Positions 24,101-35,162 of a DNA stretch of 64,000 nucleotides are shown one piece after another; within the stretch, counting starts at the first letter, position 1; every line of letters starts with the position of its first letter. The notes beneath the pieces were generated by a model, which was not told the origin of the DNA, did not search any database, and was given only the letters and a program-made list of their open reading frames with translations. The stretch is from Rhodosorus marinus CCMP1338. Taxonomy: Eukaryota > Plantae > Rhodophyta. The stretch is from contig JAMWBK010000003.1 in assembly GCA_029953675.1 (NCBI GenBank), positions 372,001-436,000 of the forward strand, written 5' to 3'. The position numbers and the translations under genes were made by a program.

Positions 24101-24618
24101 GAAATGAGAAAGGGTTGGGACGGTGTGGGAGGAGAGGATGATTTGGAGGTTCTTTTGTTATGACTGAATAGTGAGGAGTGTGTGAGCTTTGCTGAGCTTG
24201 TTCAAGATGGACGGCGACTAGATGGATTTTTCTGGGTGGAATGGTTTTGTTTTTTTGAACGAGGAGGTCTGAGAGATCTATGTTGTCCTTTTTTTGTTTT
24301 GTTTGGTTTGGTTTGTTTTGTGGCTTGACAAGTTGAAAGGAGTCAGGGCAGCGGTTTTTTTTTGGTGTCTCTTCGGGAGCTTTTTTTTTGTTGGCTGTGG
24401 ATAGGGTTTGATTTTGTTCGAGGATGGTAGAGAGAGCGCTTGTGCTTTTGCATGCTAGGATGAAAGGGTAGGATGTTTCTGTCATTGTGAAGTCTGTTGT
24501 ACTGTTCAGAGGGGTTGTCCTTCTGCTTTTAAAGAGGTCCGGGACCGACCACTGAGCATTAATCGGAACGCTGAGCCTAGGCTGTTTTGTGTAATCTTTG
24601 CTGTTCTGTAGTGCGATT

Positions 24619-27560
24619 ATGATGAGGTCCTCTGTGAGGGGCCTAAAGCTCACCCCCTTCCGAGACCGCAAATTGAGCAGACTGGAGAGGGAGGCGCTTT
24701 CAGATCCGTCCGACTCTGCGCGGACTTTGGTATATCTAAAAGAACTCGGAGGAAGTAATCCGGAGGAGGTGATTAGAAAAGTCGAGAAAGGGGACTTCAT
24801 TCCTAGCGACGGAGTATGCTCAGAATCCTTTCAAGTCTTGCACAGTTTGCAATGCAAGCAAGACCTTTCCGTCGTTTAATTATTTGTATCATATGTATGC
24901 TTGAAAACAAAAGGTGGCAAAGGAATATATGAGAGCACTTGTGCGCGCTAACAAGTTGGATATGACGCGCGTCGCGGAGTACATGAGAAAGGCGGGTACG
25001 TTTTTGAGTGCTAGGTCCAGGGGAAGTCCTTGGTTGGCCACCCCTACAATCTGCCCCGTCTACTAACTCGCCCTCACCCCGTTTATTTTGAGTAGGATAC
25101 ACGAATGGATATGGTCAGAGATTTGAGCCTTTGTCCTATGGTCATCGGCTAGCAGAAGGTCCCCGCCATGACGCACCATATGGATACGTGAAAGCTCCTC
25201 TTGAAGCTACGGGCTGGGAGCGCCCTCAGAACTTCGCTCCTAGAGCCACGGACGCATCACCAGCGGCGAGCGGGGCCTCTGCAAATGCCACTGTTGCAGG
25301 AGTAACGAATACCCCTGGTACCCCGTTCGAGCCTATTCACGTTAGTCTCGCAGAGCCTTCGTTTCGGGCTCAGATGTGGAAGTCCATACGTGGTTTGGGT
25401 AAGGGAGATTCGATTAAGGGTCTATCATGACTTGCTAGTGGCTGGTGTCCAACGACGTTCATCTTGTTGTCCTGGCTTTAGGTGTGACGTTCCTACTCCT
25501 TGCTGGACTTCGAACTTTTATGGAGGATCGAGGAATTGGAAAGACATTTGGAATAAATACGGACGTTCAGCCAGAGCCGGGTCAGGAGACTCCTACGCGC
25601 TTCGAAGATGTAAAAGGATGTGACGAAGCGAAGGCTGAACTGGAGGAAATTGTACAGTATCTGAAGTCTCCTCAAACATTTACAAGACTTGGTGGAAAGC
25701 TGCCGAAAGGCGTTCTTCTTGTGGGACCCCCGGGCACGGGGAAGACTCTGCTCGCAAGGTTGGAGGGGCACGATTGCATTGTAGCAAGCTGTTCTTTTTT
25801 TTTAAGCTGTGACGGGATGCTAATAGTTGATTTCATCGTTTTTCCGCTCTATAGAGCAATTGCTGGTGAGGCAGGTGTCCCGTTCTTCTATGCATCTGGC
25901 TCCGAGTTCGAGGAGATGTTTGTCGGGGTTGGTGCTCGCAGAGTTCGGGAGCTCTTCACGGGAGCGAAGAAACGCTCCCCGTGTATAATTTTTATCGATG
26001 AAATCGACGCAATTGGGGGCACGAGAAACCCAAAGGATCAGCAATATATGAAAATGACGCTCAATCAACTCCTTGTAGAGCTGGATGGGTTCAACCCGTC
26101 GAATGGGATCATCGTGATTGGCGCCACAAACTTTCCCGAGAGCTTAGACAAGGTACGTTTTCTTTTCTGCGCGATTAGCGTCAGGCGCAGCCAGCTGATT
26201 TGAGTTCACTTGTTCCGTTAATGCGAAGGCGCTTGTCAGACCTGGCCGTTTCGATCGCCACGTTGTCGTCCCAAATCCAGACGTGGAAGGACGTCGACAG
26301 ATCCTGGAACTGCATACGAAGGATATTCCACTCTCTCCAGATGTCGACCTTTCCATTATCGCTCGCGGGAGCCCAGGGTAGGCCGAATCTTGAAAACAAC
26401 CCTTAACTATGCTTGGTTCTTCCTAAGTAGTCGCTCTGCTTTTAACAGGTTTTCTGGGGCAGAGCTTGCCAACTTGGCGAATACGGCTGCTCTAAGAGCT
26501 GCCTTGGAAGGAGCTCAGAAGGTCGCCATGGAACATCTCGAGTTTGCGAAGGACAAGATCTTAATGGGGGCCGAGCGCAAAAGCGCCGTCATCAGCGAAG
26601 CCACTCGAAAACTTACAGCGTATCACGAGGGTGGTCACGCACTGATGGCAATCCACACGAACGGTGCACTCCCAGTACATAAGGTGCGAATAGCAAATGC
26701 GTCGCTCGAACGGGTTTCGGTGTTTTTCGCTCGAATAGACAGGCTTTTTGCTCTTGCTGATTGTGTGTGTGGGCTTCACTTGCATTGCGTTATAGGCGAC
26801 GATCGTTCCTCGAGGGGTAAGCCTGGGAATGGTTTCACAGTTGCCGGAAAAGGACATGACCTCAATGACACGGACTCAGATGCTGGCGCGTGTGGATGTT
26901 TGCATGGGCGGGAGAGCAGCTGAAGAGCTAATATTCGGTGAGTTTTCTAGGAGAGGAGAGCACCAAATTTGCTGCGCGTGATTGAGACCTAAACTTCCCT
27001 CTTGGACCCTTCTACTCGTAGGACCGGATAACATTACCTCCGGAGCTGAGAGCGATTTTGATCAGGCAACAAAACTCGCCGAAGCCATGGTCACAAGATA
27101 TGGCATGAGCGAGCGGCTGGGACAGGTAGTTTACGATCGGAGCGAGGAGAACTTGAGCGGGGAAACCAAGGCAACCATTGACGCCGAGGTAAAACGGTTG
27201 TTGGATGAATCGTACGCCAGGGCCACGACCCTTCTCAAAAACCATGAGAAGGAACTGCACAATTTAGCCAGTGCTTTGCTGGCTGAGGAAACGTTAAATG
27301 GCGAGGAGGTAACTGGATTAGCACATCGTTTATATCAGCGTATCAAGGGCTTGGCAATTGACCTCTTTGAGTTCCATACCGTCCAATAGGTGATGCTGGC
27401 TTCTAAGGGCCTTGTCAAGAAAGTTGTGAAGGAGACCGTTGCGGCGGAAGTACCCCTTAAAGCTCCAGAAAAGGCCACAATTGGGGATAAAACACTTCCC
27501 GCTGCGGTGCCGTCCCCAAATAGAAACAACACTGTTGGACCAAGTGCCCCTACTATGTAA
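24619..27560 (+). CDS. YME1: Mitochondrial i-AAA metalloprotease YME1/FTSH4, multi-exon
   Basis: [44 protein letters not shown], zinc motif HEGGH and [10 protein letters not shown]; last exon ends with TAA at 27560. Confidence 0.95.
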
Positions 27561-28455
27561 TTGGAACGACTAGATCCGAAGTTGTGCGTGCAGTACTTGC
27601 GCGAATCTAACTACTCATTGGTACTACACAAGTTCTGCTGGTGACCAGGGGGGTGCCGCCGGCCAATGGTAGCGAGTTTGATGTCTTCTGGGTCGATGAG
27701 CTCTGGCTTTCGTAAGCAGCGAAGGAAGCATTGTATTAGAGACTAGGACGGACCTGGACAATGTTGGCGTGAACCCATCATGCAGAGGTCCTCGCTGACC
27801 ATTTGAGCATTGTTGTTAGGTGCCACGCGGATGGCAATGTACTGAGGTTGCGTGTATGAGAGTTTGTAAGCGCGATCCGTGGGGTGCGAGTGTGCATGTG
27901 ACTCTCAACTGTGAAGTCTTTTTTTTCTTTTCCCGCTTTGGAGGGATGTCTGTACAAATAGAAAAAAGAAAACTCTTATCCTCCGTGGACAAAAGAAGTC
28001 TTCCAGACATTGAATCATGAACACGAGCTGCTTTGGACTGAGATAGTCGAGCTAGTTCACCAAAGCGCCTCCATAGTAGACTCTCAAGTTAGCTTTCTTC
28101 ACGACTACTCTCTCATGCAAAACTTTCTCAGACCCTATCGTCTCGTAGCTCAAGACGAGAACAACATCGACTCTTCCCCAAAGAGGGAACCCTGGACCAA
28201 CTGTTCCCCTTAAGCTAACGCGATACAAATCTAAAAAAAAATTGGAACTATATTAAATGTATTTCTAAATGGATGCATTTTGGTATATAATACTCTTGCT
28301 ATTCGACTTTTTTTAGGTACTCGATTGTATTTATCAAATTCATTATAAATATACATGCATTATCTTAATTGTACTTGTTAGTGTGACCATGGATATCTCC
28401 GCGCGAGCAGCTTCTCGGGTGCTCTCGGCTACCGAACATCAACGCTTGGTATCGA

Positions 28456-29823
28456 TTAGTGAGAGATTAAATCTCCCTGATCCTCAAAGATTTCCTTTTC
28501 AAAGTCCCCGAAAGGGAAGCCCGATCTGCTGATCATACGGTCTTTTGCAGTCTCAGCATCGACAGCTTTCTGAATGCGCCCGAGCTCGGGTTCTTTCCTC
28601 ACAGCCGTAGTAAGCGCACTGGAGACCACTTGTGATGATCCGCATCGTCTACAAGCGACGAGAAGCTTGACCATCTGTTCAATAATTTCTTCTCGCGCTT
28701 CACGGCCTGCGGTCCTAGCCCTGAAGTAGCAGGACAGAATGCTGGGCAGGATTTCATGAAAGTGCGAAGGCACCCTTGGCCAGACGGTCCGAAAGAGGAG
28801 TTTTAGCGCTTCTGCAGTTTGTCGGAACGAAGAGCAATCGCCGGATGTCGCGGCTGTTGAAGCACTTGATTCCAGAAGGTGGAGGACGCTCAGTAGGAAC
28901 CTTCCGAGGGACATCGTCAGTCGCTGGCCGCTCGCTTCAACGAATGGGGCTACAAGCAAGCTCGCTGCCTGCTGCTCTTCAGGCTTTTCGGATTCAATCA
29001 TCGAAATCAGCAGACGAAGAGCAGTCTTATGGATCTTTAGGGGCTCGGAAGATCGGTAGGACTCAAGCGACGTCTTGAACCCACTTCCTTCGAGGGCGCG
29101 GATGAGCTCACAAGTGCACAAGATTGCTTGTGCAGAAGCCGCGGCATCTCTGTACTGCAAAGAGACTGTCAATGTCGCGTACATAGCCTCGGAGTGCCAG
29201 GACAGCGCATCCTTGCCGGTGTTTTGGACAAGGTAGCGCAAAGCCAAGAGTGCGTCAAGCCTGCGCTCCACCATTGCGTCTTGAGAAAGCGGAATCAGGA
29301 CAGATAATATCTCTGACAGGCGCGTATCCAGACGAGGTGGCAGAAGTCCAGTCACCGCTGCCTTTACCGCACTAGACCCTCCAGCGAACTCCGAGTCATC
29401 CTCAGCTTTCAATAGCTTCACGTACAGAGCGTTTAACCCATCGCCCCAAGCAATTGGGAGAAGATCGACGCTCAACAAGGAACTGCACTCCCGAATCAAA
29501 TCAGCCCCGTTCCGAACCAGAGTTCCAATAAAAACGGCATCTACCAGAGCCCCCCGAACGCCCTGCACCATCACCTGCTCCCTTTCCATATCGGCACAGC
29601 AGAGCCTAATCAGATCCACAGCAACTCTAACCGCCACGTCCGCAGCCTTCAGACTCAAGCCTCCCAAGGGAACCAACTCCGTCGCACAGCGCCGAATCAA
29701 AGCGACAGCGACAGCTGCACCATCTGCCGCACCAGCATCCGCAAATTCCACATCCCCAAGAGCCACCCATTCCTCCTCCTTCCCAGCCTCGAGGCTGAGA
29801 ATCCGCTCTGGCGTTAATCCCAT
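28456..29823 (-). CDS. TTI2: TELO2-interacting protein 2 (TTI2)-like HEAT-repeat protein
   Basis: Intronless 455-aa helical protein with ALKLLFRTVWPRVPSHFHEILPSIL, resembling the Tti2 C-terminal WPR motif. Confidence 0.68.
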   Translation of the reverse strand: MGLTPERILSLEAGKEEEWVALGDVEFADAGAADGAAVAVALIRRCATELVPLGGLSLKAADVAVRVAVDLIRLCCADMEREQVMVQGVRGALVDAVFIGTLVRNGADLIRECSSLLSVDLLPIAWGDGLNALYVKLLKAEDDSEFAGGSSAVKAAVTGLLPPRLDTRLSEILSVLIPLSQDAMVERRLDALLALRYLVQNTGKDALSWHSEAMYATLTVSLQYRDAAASAQAILCTCELIRALEGSGFKTSLESYRSSEPLKIHKTALRLLISMIESEKPEEQQAASLLVAPFVEASGQRLTMSLGRFLLSVLHLLESSASTAATSGDCSSFRQTAEALKLLFRTVWPRVPSHFHEILPSILSCYFRARTAGREAREEIIEQMVKLLVACRRCGSSQVVSSALTTAVRKEPELGRIQKAVDAETAKDRMISRSGFPFGDFEKEIFEDQGDLISH

Positions 29824-30364
29824 CGTACACCCAACTTAAGACCAAAGAATCCTCTTCCAGAGGCACCTTTTATTAAGATTCCTTCACTTCACCCGTACTC
29901 CGAACTCGATCTTCATACTCAAATAGTTTAAGAGTATTCATCTCCGACGTTCCTAACCCCGACTTTTTCGACTTTCCGTTCTTGACAACCAAGAATCCTG
30001 TCCCGAACCCAGCAGACAGCAGCATTAATGAACTCAACGGGACAGAAGAAGTCTATCAAAAGATCACAATGTAAGTCCTTCTCAGTCAGCACAGAGCTCC
30101 CAGCCAACCCATACTCACCTTCTCCTCACCACAGTGTTAACCCCAAAGGTTTCTCTCCAAATTCCTCCGCAACGAATGTTGGTGTCTATTCACCAATCTA
30201 ACCTTATCGATGTTTTCGACTCTGAACAGTTAGATGCATCCGTATCAAGCTGCATCAACCTAAAAACAACTCCGAATCCCAGCCTACCGCCACCCAAGCT
30301 AACCTCGAAAACCGTCTCCTCCCAACCCCTCTCGAGCCATCTCCTCCCAATCTGTCTCGAATCG

Positions 30365-31063
30365 CAATCCCTCTCTTCCCAATCCCTTCTCTTCCCAATC
30401 CCTTCTCTTCCCAACTCGTCTCTTCCCAACCCCTTCTTTTCCCGATCCCTTCTCTTCTCAATCCCTCTCTCGCCAATCCCTCTATTCTCAATCCCTTCTC
30501 TTCCTAACCCTCCTCCTCTCAATCCCTCTCTCCCCAACCCTTCTCTTCTCAATCCCTTCTCTTCCCAACCCTTCTTTTCCCAATCCCTTCTCTTCCCAAC
30601 TCGTCTCTTCCCAACCCTTCTTTTCCCAATCCCTTCTCTTCTCAATCCCTCTCTCGCCAATCCCTCTATTCCCAATCCCTTCTCTTCCCAACACTTCCCC
30701 TCTCAATCCCTCTCTCCCCAACCGTTCTCTTCCCAATCCCTATCTCCCCAATCACTACTCTTCCCAATCCCTTCTCTTCCCGACTCTTCTCTTTCCAATC
30801 CCTTCTCTTCCCAACCCTTCTTTTCCCAATCCCTTCTCTTCCCAACTCGTCTCTTCCCAACCCTTCTTTTCCCAATCCCTTCTCTTCTCAATCCCTCTCT
30901 CGCCAATCCCTCTATTCCCAATCCCTTCTCTTCCCAACACTTCCCCTCTCAATCCCTCTCTCCCCAACCGTTCTCTTCCCAATCCCTATCTCCCCAATCA
31001 CTACTCTTCCCAATCCCTTCTCTTCCCGACTCTTCTCTTTCCAATCCTTCTCTTCCCAATCCC
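30365..31063. repeat. Polypyrimidine minisatellite (15/16-bp monomer, consensus CCCAATCCCTTCTCTT) with a 246-bp higher-order duplication
   Basis: 30551-30796 and 30797-31042 are near-identical, and each parses into 16 monomers of 15 or 16 bp. Confidence 0.93.
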
Positions 31064-31369
31064 TCTAGGAGGCTCTGTACGTCTGCCGGCGCCCGGCTAC
31101 AGTTTAGCTAGAAATCGTGACGAAGCTGGTGAGCAACCTAGCAGAAGTTTATGTGTACAAACCTTCATTGATCTGGCCAGCTTAGTGGAGGTATCTATCA
31201 AAAACTCTTGCGATAGCACTAGTAGTCTATCGACGCTCCTGTGATAGGACTCGTAGTGCGTGGCTACATTTCTTTTAGGACGGGAGGAGCTTGAATGATT
31301 TGGTGCGAAGACGGACGCTGATTAATTTGTGTCTTCAGAGGTTCCGTTTGCCCGATTCCCTCGCTATTG

Positions 31370-32374
31370 ATGAACTGTTTCGCGCATTCCGTGAGACCGA
31401 TTGGAGCGGTATCTCGACGATTTCTGAGCTCGACCTCAATTCGAGCTTCGGCGGCTGAATCGCTGTCGACGAGCGAAAACGGAGCATCCAAACCGGCGCG
31501 CCTGTTGACTTGGAATGTGGCGAGCCTTCGATCTCTTCTAAGGAAGCAACCGGACGCGCTTCAGGCCTTGGTTGATGACTTTGCCGTGGACGCGATCTGT
31601 CTTCAGGAAACCAAACTTCAAGAATTTCACGTCCCGGAGTTCACGGACATCCTCGACAACTACCAGAGTTTCTGGTACTGCTCCACGGCGAGAAAAGGAT
31701 ACTCTGGAACGGCGATCTTCTTGAGAAACAACCTCAGCGTCGAGGACGTGAGATATGGTATCGGTGACGAATCAGCTGATGCAGAAGGAAGAGTTATCAC
31801 AATCAAATTACCGAAGAGGTACGTCAGAAACCTGTCTGTCCCTTGATCTCTATGAATAACCTGTGCTCATCGAATCATGTTTGCTTTGTTCAGCTACCTC
31901 GTCACTTGCTATACGCCGAACGCTGGAACTGGATTGAAGAGGTTAGACTACAGAACCCAAACCTTTGAAGGGAAAATGACGGAGTATTTAAGGAACCTTG
32001 CTTCAGAAAGGCCATTACTCTACTGTGGTGACCTCAACGTCGCTCATGAACCGATTGACTTGGAAAATCCTAAAGGGAACAGTCGTTCTGCTGGCTTCAC
32101 TGATGAAGAGAGAAGCTGCTTCCGAGAGTTGATCAAAGACGGTGAATTGCTGGACACTTTCCGAATGCTCTATCCAGCGAAGCGGCGCAAGTACACCTAC
32201 TGGAACTACAGGACCAGGGCACGAGAGAGAAACGCCGGGTGGAGGATTGACTACTTCCTCGTGTCAAAGGAAGTTAAGCCCGCGGTTGGAGACTGCGTGC
32301 ACCTCGATGGCGTTCTCGGATCTGATCACTGTCCTGTATTGTTGGAGCTGAATGATCAAGAGCTGATCAATTAG
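31370..32374 (+). CDS. APE1: ExoIII-family AP endonuclease (APE1/ARP-like) with an organellar presequence-like N-terminus; intron 31819-31893
   Basis: LTWNVASL, CLQETK, GYSGTA, EGRVIT, YTPNAG, GDLNVAH, GWRIDY and SDHCP. Confidence 0.95.
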
Positions 32375-32504
32375 TTAGTTTACGTAATCTTGTACCCATC
32401 GAGTGCGCTTGACAGCCCTGAGATGATAGAGAAGTTCGGGGTTATGTCGTGGACGATGATCTAGACCGTCTGTCCGCCAGTTGGTGATTGTGAAACATAT
32501 GTTA

Positions 32505-32996
32505 TCAGTCGTCATATGTGAGATGGGCAGCGGCTGTACAGCCCGGATGATCTTTCGATGTCTCCCCGCAACACCACCTAGACACAATAACGAGCCGAAG
32601 AGACGTTCAGCACTCCAGATCTTGCCGGAATTAAAACGGTGCACTCACCAGAAATGCTCTGCTTCTCCAAGTGGGCCCTGAGCCTCCCAGTTCCCCTTTC
32701 TCTTAGAATCGCCGCTGTAGTTTTCGGGATGGTACTGACAAGCTGACTCGTGGTTTTCTCCAACAACAAAGTTCCTACTCCGAAAAGAGAGAAGAACCGC
32801 TCTCAGAATAATACTTTCGAACCAGATTCCAGTTGCCTAAAACCTACTTCTTGCAAACCCGACATAGTCGACGGAGCTCAACCCCACCCCCACCCACCAT
32901 CAAAACTTTCAGCCGATTCCCATTTCGTCCACAAACCAGACCAGCCAATCCTCCAAGCTTCGGACTTGATCCGCTGAAACCAATAAACCCGATCAT
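32505..32996 (-). CDS. 115-aa plastid-targeted Cys/His (putative zinc-binding) protein; exons 32996-32848, 32774-32649, 32577-32505
   Basis: Two GT-AG introns (73 and 71 nt) join in frame to give MIGFIGFSG...CRVCKKNF...CQYHPE...FWWCCGETSKDHPGCTAAAHLTYDD*. Confidence 0.8.
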
Positions 32997-33692
32997 TGCT
33001 CCAGTGAAGGCTATCCTAGTGTCTAAAATGACAACATTCACACTTCCAAAACAGTTGCTGACCCCTACCAGCACCTGCTCACCCACCGGAGCTCCAATCT
33101 CACTCCGGACCTTTAGGAGAACGCTTGACCGAATTCTGTCTGTAGACTTAAGGGGAGCGATCGACACGGGCGCCTAAGGAAACAATTACTCTGTGCTTAG
33201 TGGAGAGGATGATGCGCAGAGTCTCCCGGAGATCATGCAGGTGTTGGATCCTCAGGAAAATAGACGATTCAAGCGTTGAGCAAGGCGCCTAACAAAACAA
33301 GAATTCCTGGAGTTTGGGTGGAGCAGCCGACGCCTATGTGGAATAAAGTGCTGGAAGAAGAGCGAGAGGTGAACATGGAGCAGAATCCAGACATCAGGCA
33401 GATTATGCTGGTGATCTTTCTGGTGTTTTGTGCTGGGAATGGACAACTCAACCGTTGACCCGATGCGCCATCACGCAGGTTCCGCGTCAAGTTCACCGCT
33501 CGGTTGTAAGCGGGTCCATCGGAATTGACGATATATATTATATAAACGATAATAAGTAGACGAATAAATTTTTTAAAAACTTATTGATTACAGTTTTATT
33601 GTTATATTATTGTTTAAACCGATTTAGCTAGTCACCAGTCTTGGCGGTTCACGCGATGGACTGCTGGGATGTCTTGTCTGGTCATTCTCAGG

Positions 33693-33990
33693 GAGACGAG
33701 AGAATTATTGAGTTTTGTATCCCGAAACATAACTGAAAAAAAACTACTAAACCGATGTTTTTGGTCCTCAGCAGACGGATTCCTGTGTCGCTTCGCTAGT
33801 ACCAGGATGGGTTAACTTCTGTTACGTATCCTGAGACGATCCGGTGATCGCCGGGAATGGATTGAGAAATTTGGTCGTCTGCTGAGAGAGGCGAGAGGAT
33901 GTTTGAGTGCTGCGTCCCACGGCGGTTCTGAAGGACTAGGAAGCTCGTGTTTTTTTCTTTTGGCTTCCAGCAGATGGATTCCTGTATCGC
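33693..33990. repeat. Decayed tandem duplication with about 195-bp offset
   Basis: 33693-33792 aligns with 33888-33990; both end in cagcaga(c/t)ggattcctgt(g/a)tcgct. Confidence 0.7.
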
Positions 33991-34312
33991 TCGTTCCAGA
34001 GTATGCATGCGTCCCACAATTTACCGAGGCGAGCATGGTAAACTCTGATGTAGTCGCAAATGTTTGTGCGCGTGACTGCATAGGATTTTATTGTTGGAGG
34101 GGAGACGTTTCGGAGGCTCGAGCGTCTTGCTCTAGAAAGCCGAGCAGAGGGAAATGTGGGTACTCGGGGGTCAACGAAGTACGTTCGGGTCCTCGTGAGC
34201 AGCCTGAGGGGATTGTGGGAGCTCAGAAGTCAACACACGTGAAGGGGAGAGGCAGAGGTATAGACTGTTAAACAAATCATCAGTTTAATAGGATATATTC
34301 AGGTAGTTTCAA

Positions 34313-35162
34313 TTAGTTAGTGCTTGGGATCGGCTCAGCTTCCGCGTGACTTGTGATTGACATCACAATCAAAAACCAAAAGTCGACGAGACTGAGGGTT
34401 ACTGTTCTTAGTTTCAACGGGACAAATCGGAAGTTCGCGGCTTGAACGAAGGGGTATACCATCCATGACAGCTTGCACAAAGGCCACGAATCTCGTAGAA
34501 TCTGCTCCCGAGTTTCACGGAGACTCTTGCCTTCAAAAACTCCCGCGCTGAAGAAGAAGACTGGAAAGTATAGTGGACACACGATGAGCTGATCTAGAAC
34601 CACTTGAGTAATCAGGTTTCTCGCACCCACTGCAGCAGGGAATCTGGCTTCCAGGAACTGATACCTGATGATCGATACGATGTGTTACCATATTAGTTGC
34701 CCTTCTCTTAAACATATTGACTGACAAGCTTGTTCTGATTCCCAATCGGAGAACTTACACAAAGTGGTAGATCGGAGTAGTGAGAAGTAACGAAGTCGTA
34801 GTGAACGCAAAGGTCCTGCGAGCATCCCACGAACCTTTACCCCTGCTTTCCAGAGCCTGAGCAGCGACATCACCGAGCATTGTCAGCACTGCCCCGCTCA
34901 CGCACTTCACAACGATTGGCCACCGCTCTAGAGCATTTAAATAGTTCTTCCAGAGCGTCACCAAAACACTCACCAACCCGTCCGGACCCCGTCCATCATC
35001 CCTCCTCCACATAGACCCATCCTCAGGCACGCTCGGAGGCTTACCTGGACCCCCCGGAGCCGGCGCAGGTACAGACGTCCACAAAGTAGTACGCCTCCTA
35101 TCCAAACCTACCCCCGCCCGCTTCCCACTCACACCAGCTAAAACTTTAACAAACGCCATCAT
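34313..35162 (-). CDS. MPV17/PMP22 family membrane protein, plastid-targeted, multi-exon
   Basis: MMAFV transit-peptide start, then YLNALERWPIVVKCVSGAVL...GDVAAQ, QVVLDQL and WMVYPFVQAANFRFVP. Confidence 0.9.

Noticed and set aside
30365-31063. CRISPR array or telomere
   Set aside because: There are no unique spacers and no cas genes, and the monomers are variable 15/16-mers at an internal position.
30134-31111. 325-aa PNPSL-rich ORF and overlapping antisense REGLG ORFs as proteins
   Set aside because: They are open because the repeat is poor in stop codons and the ORF has no ATG start; better explained as a minisatellite.
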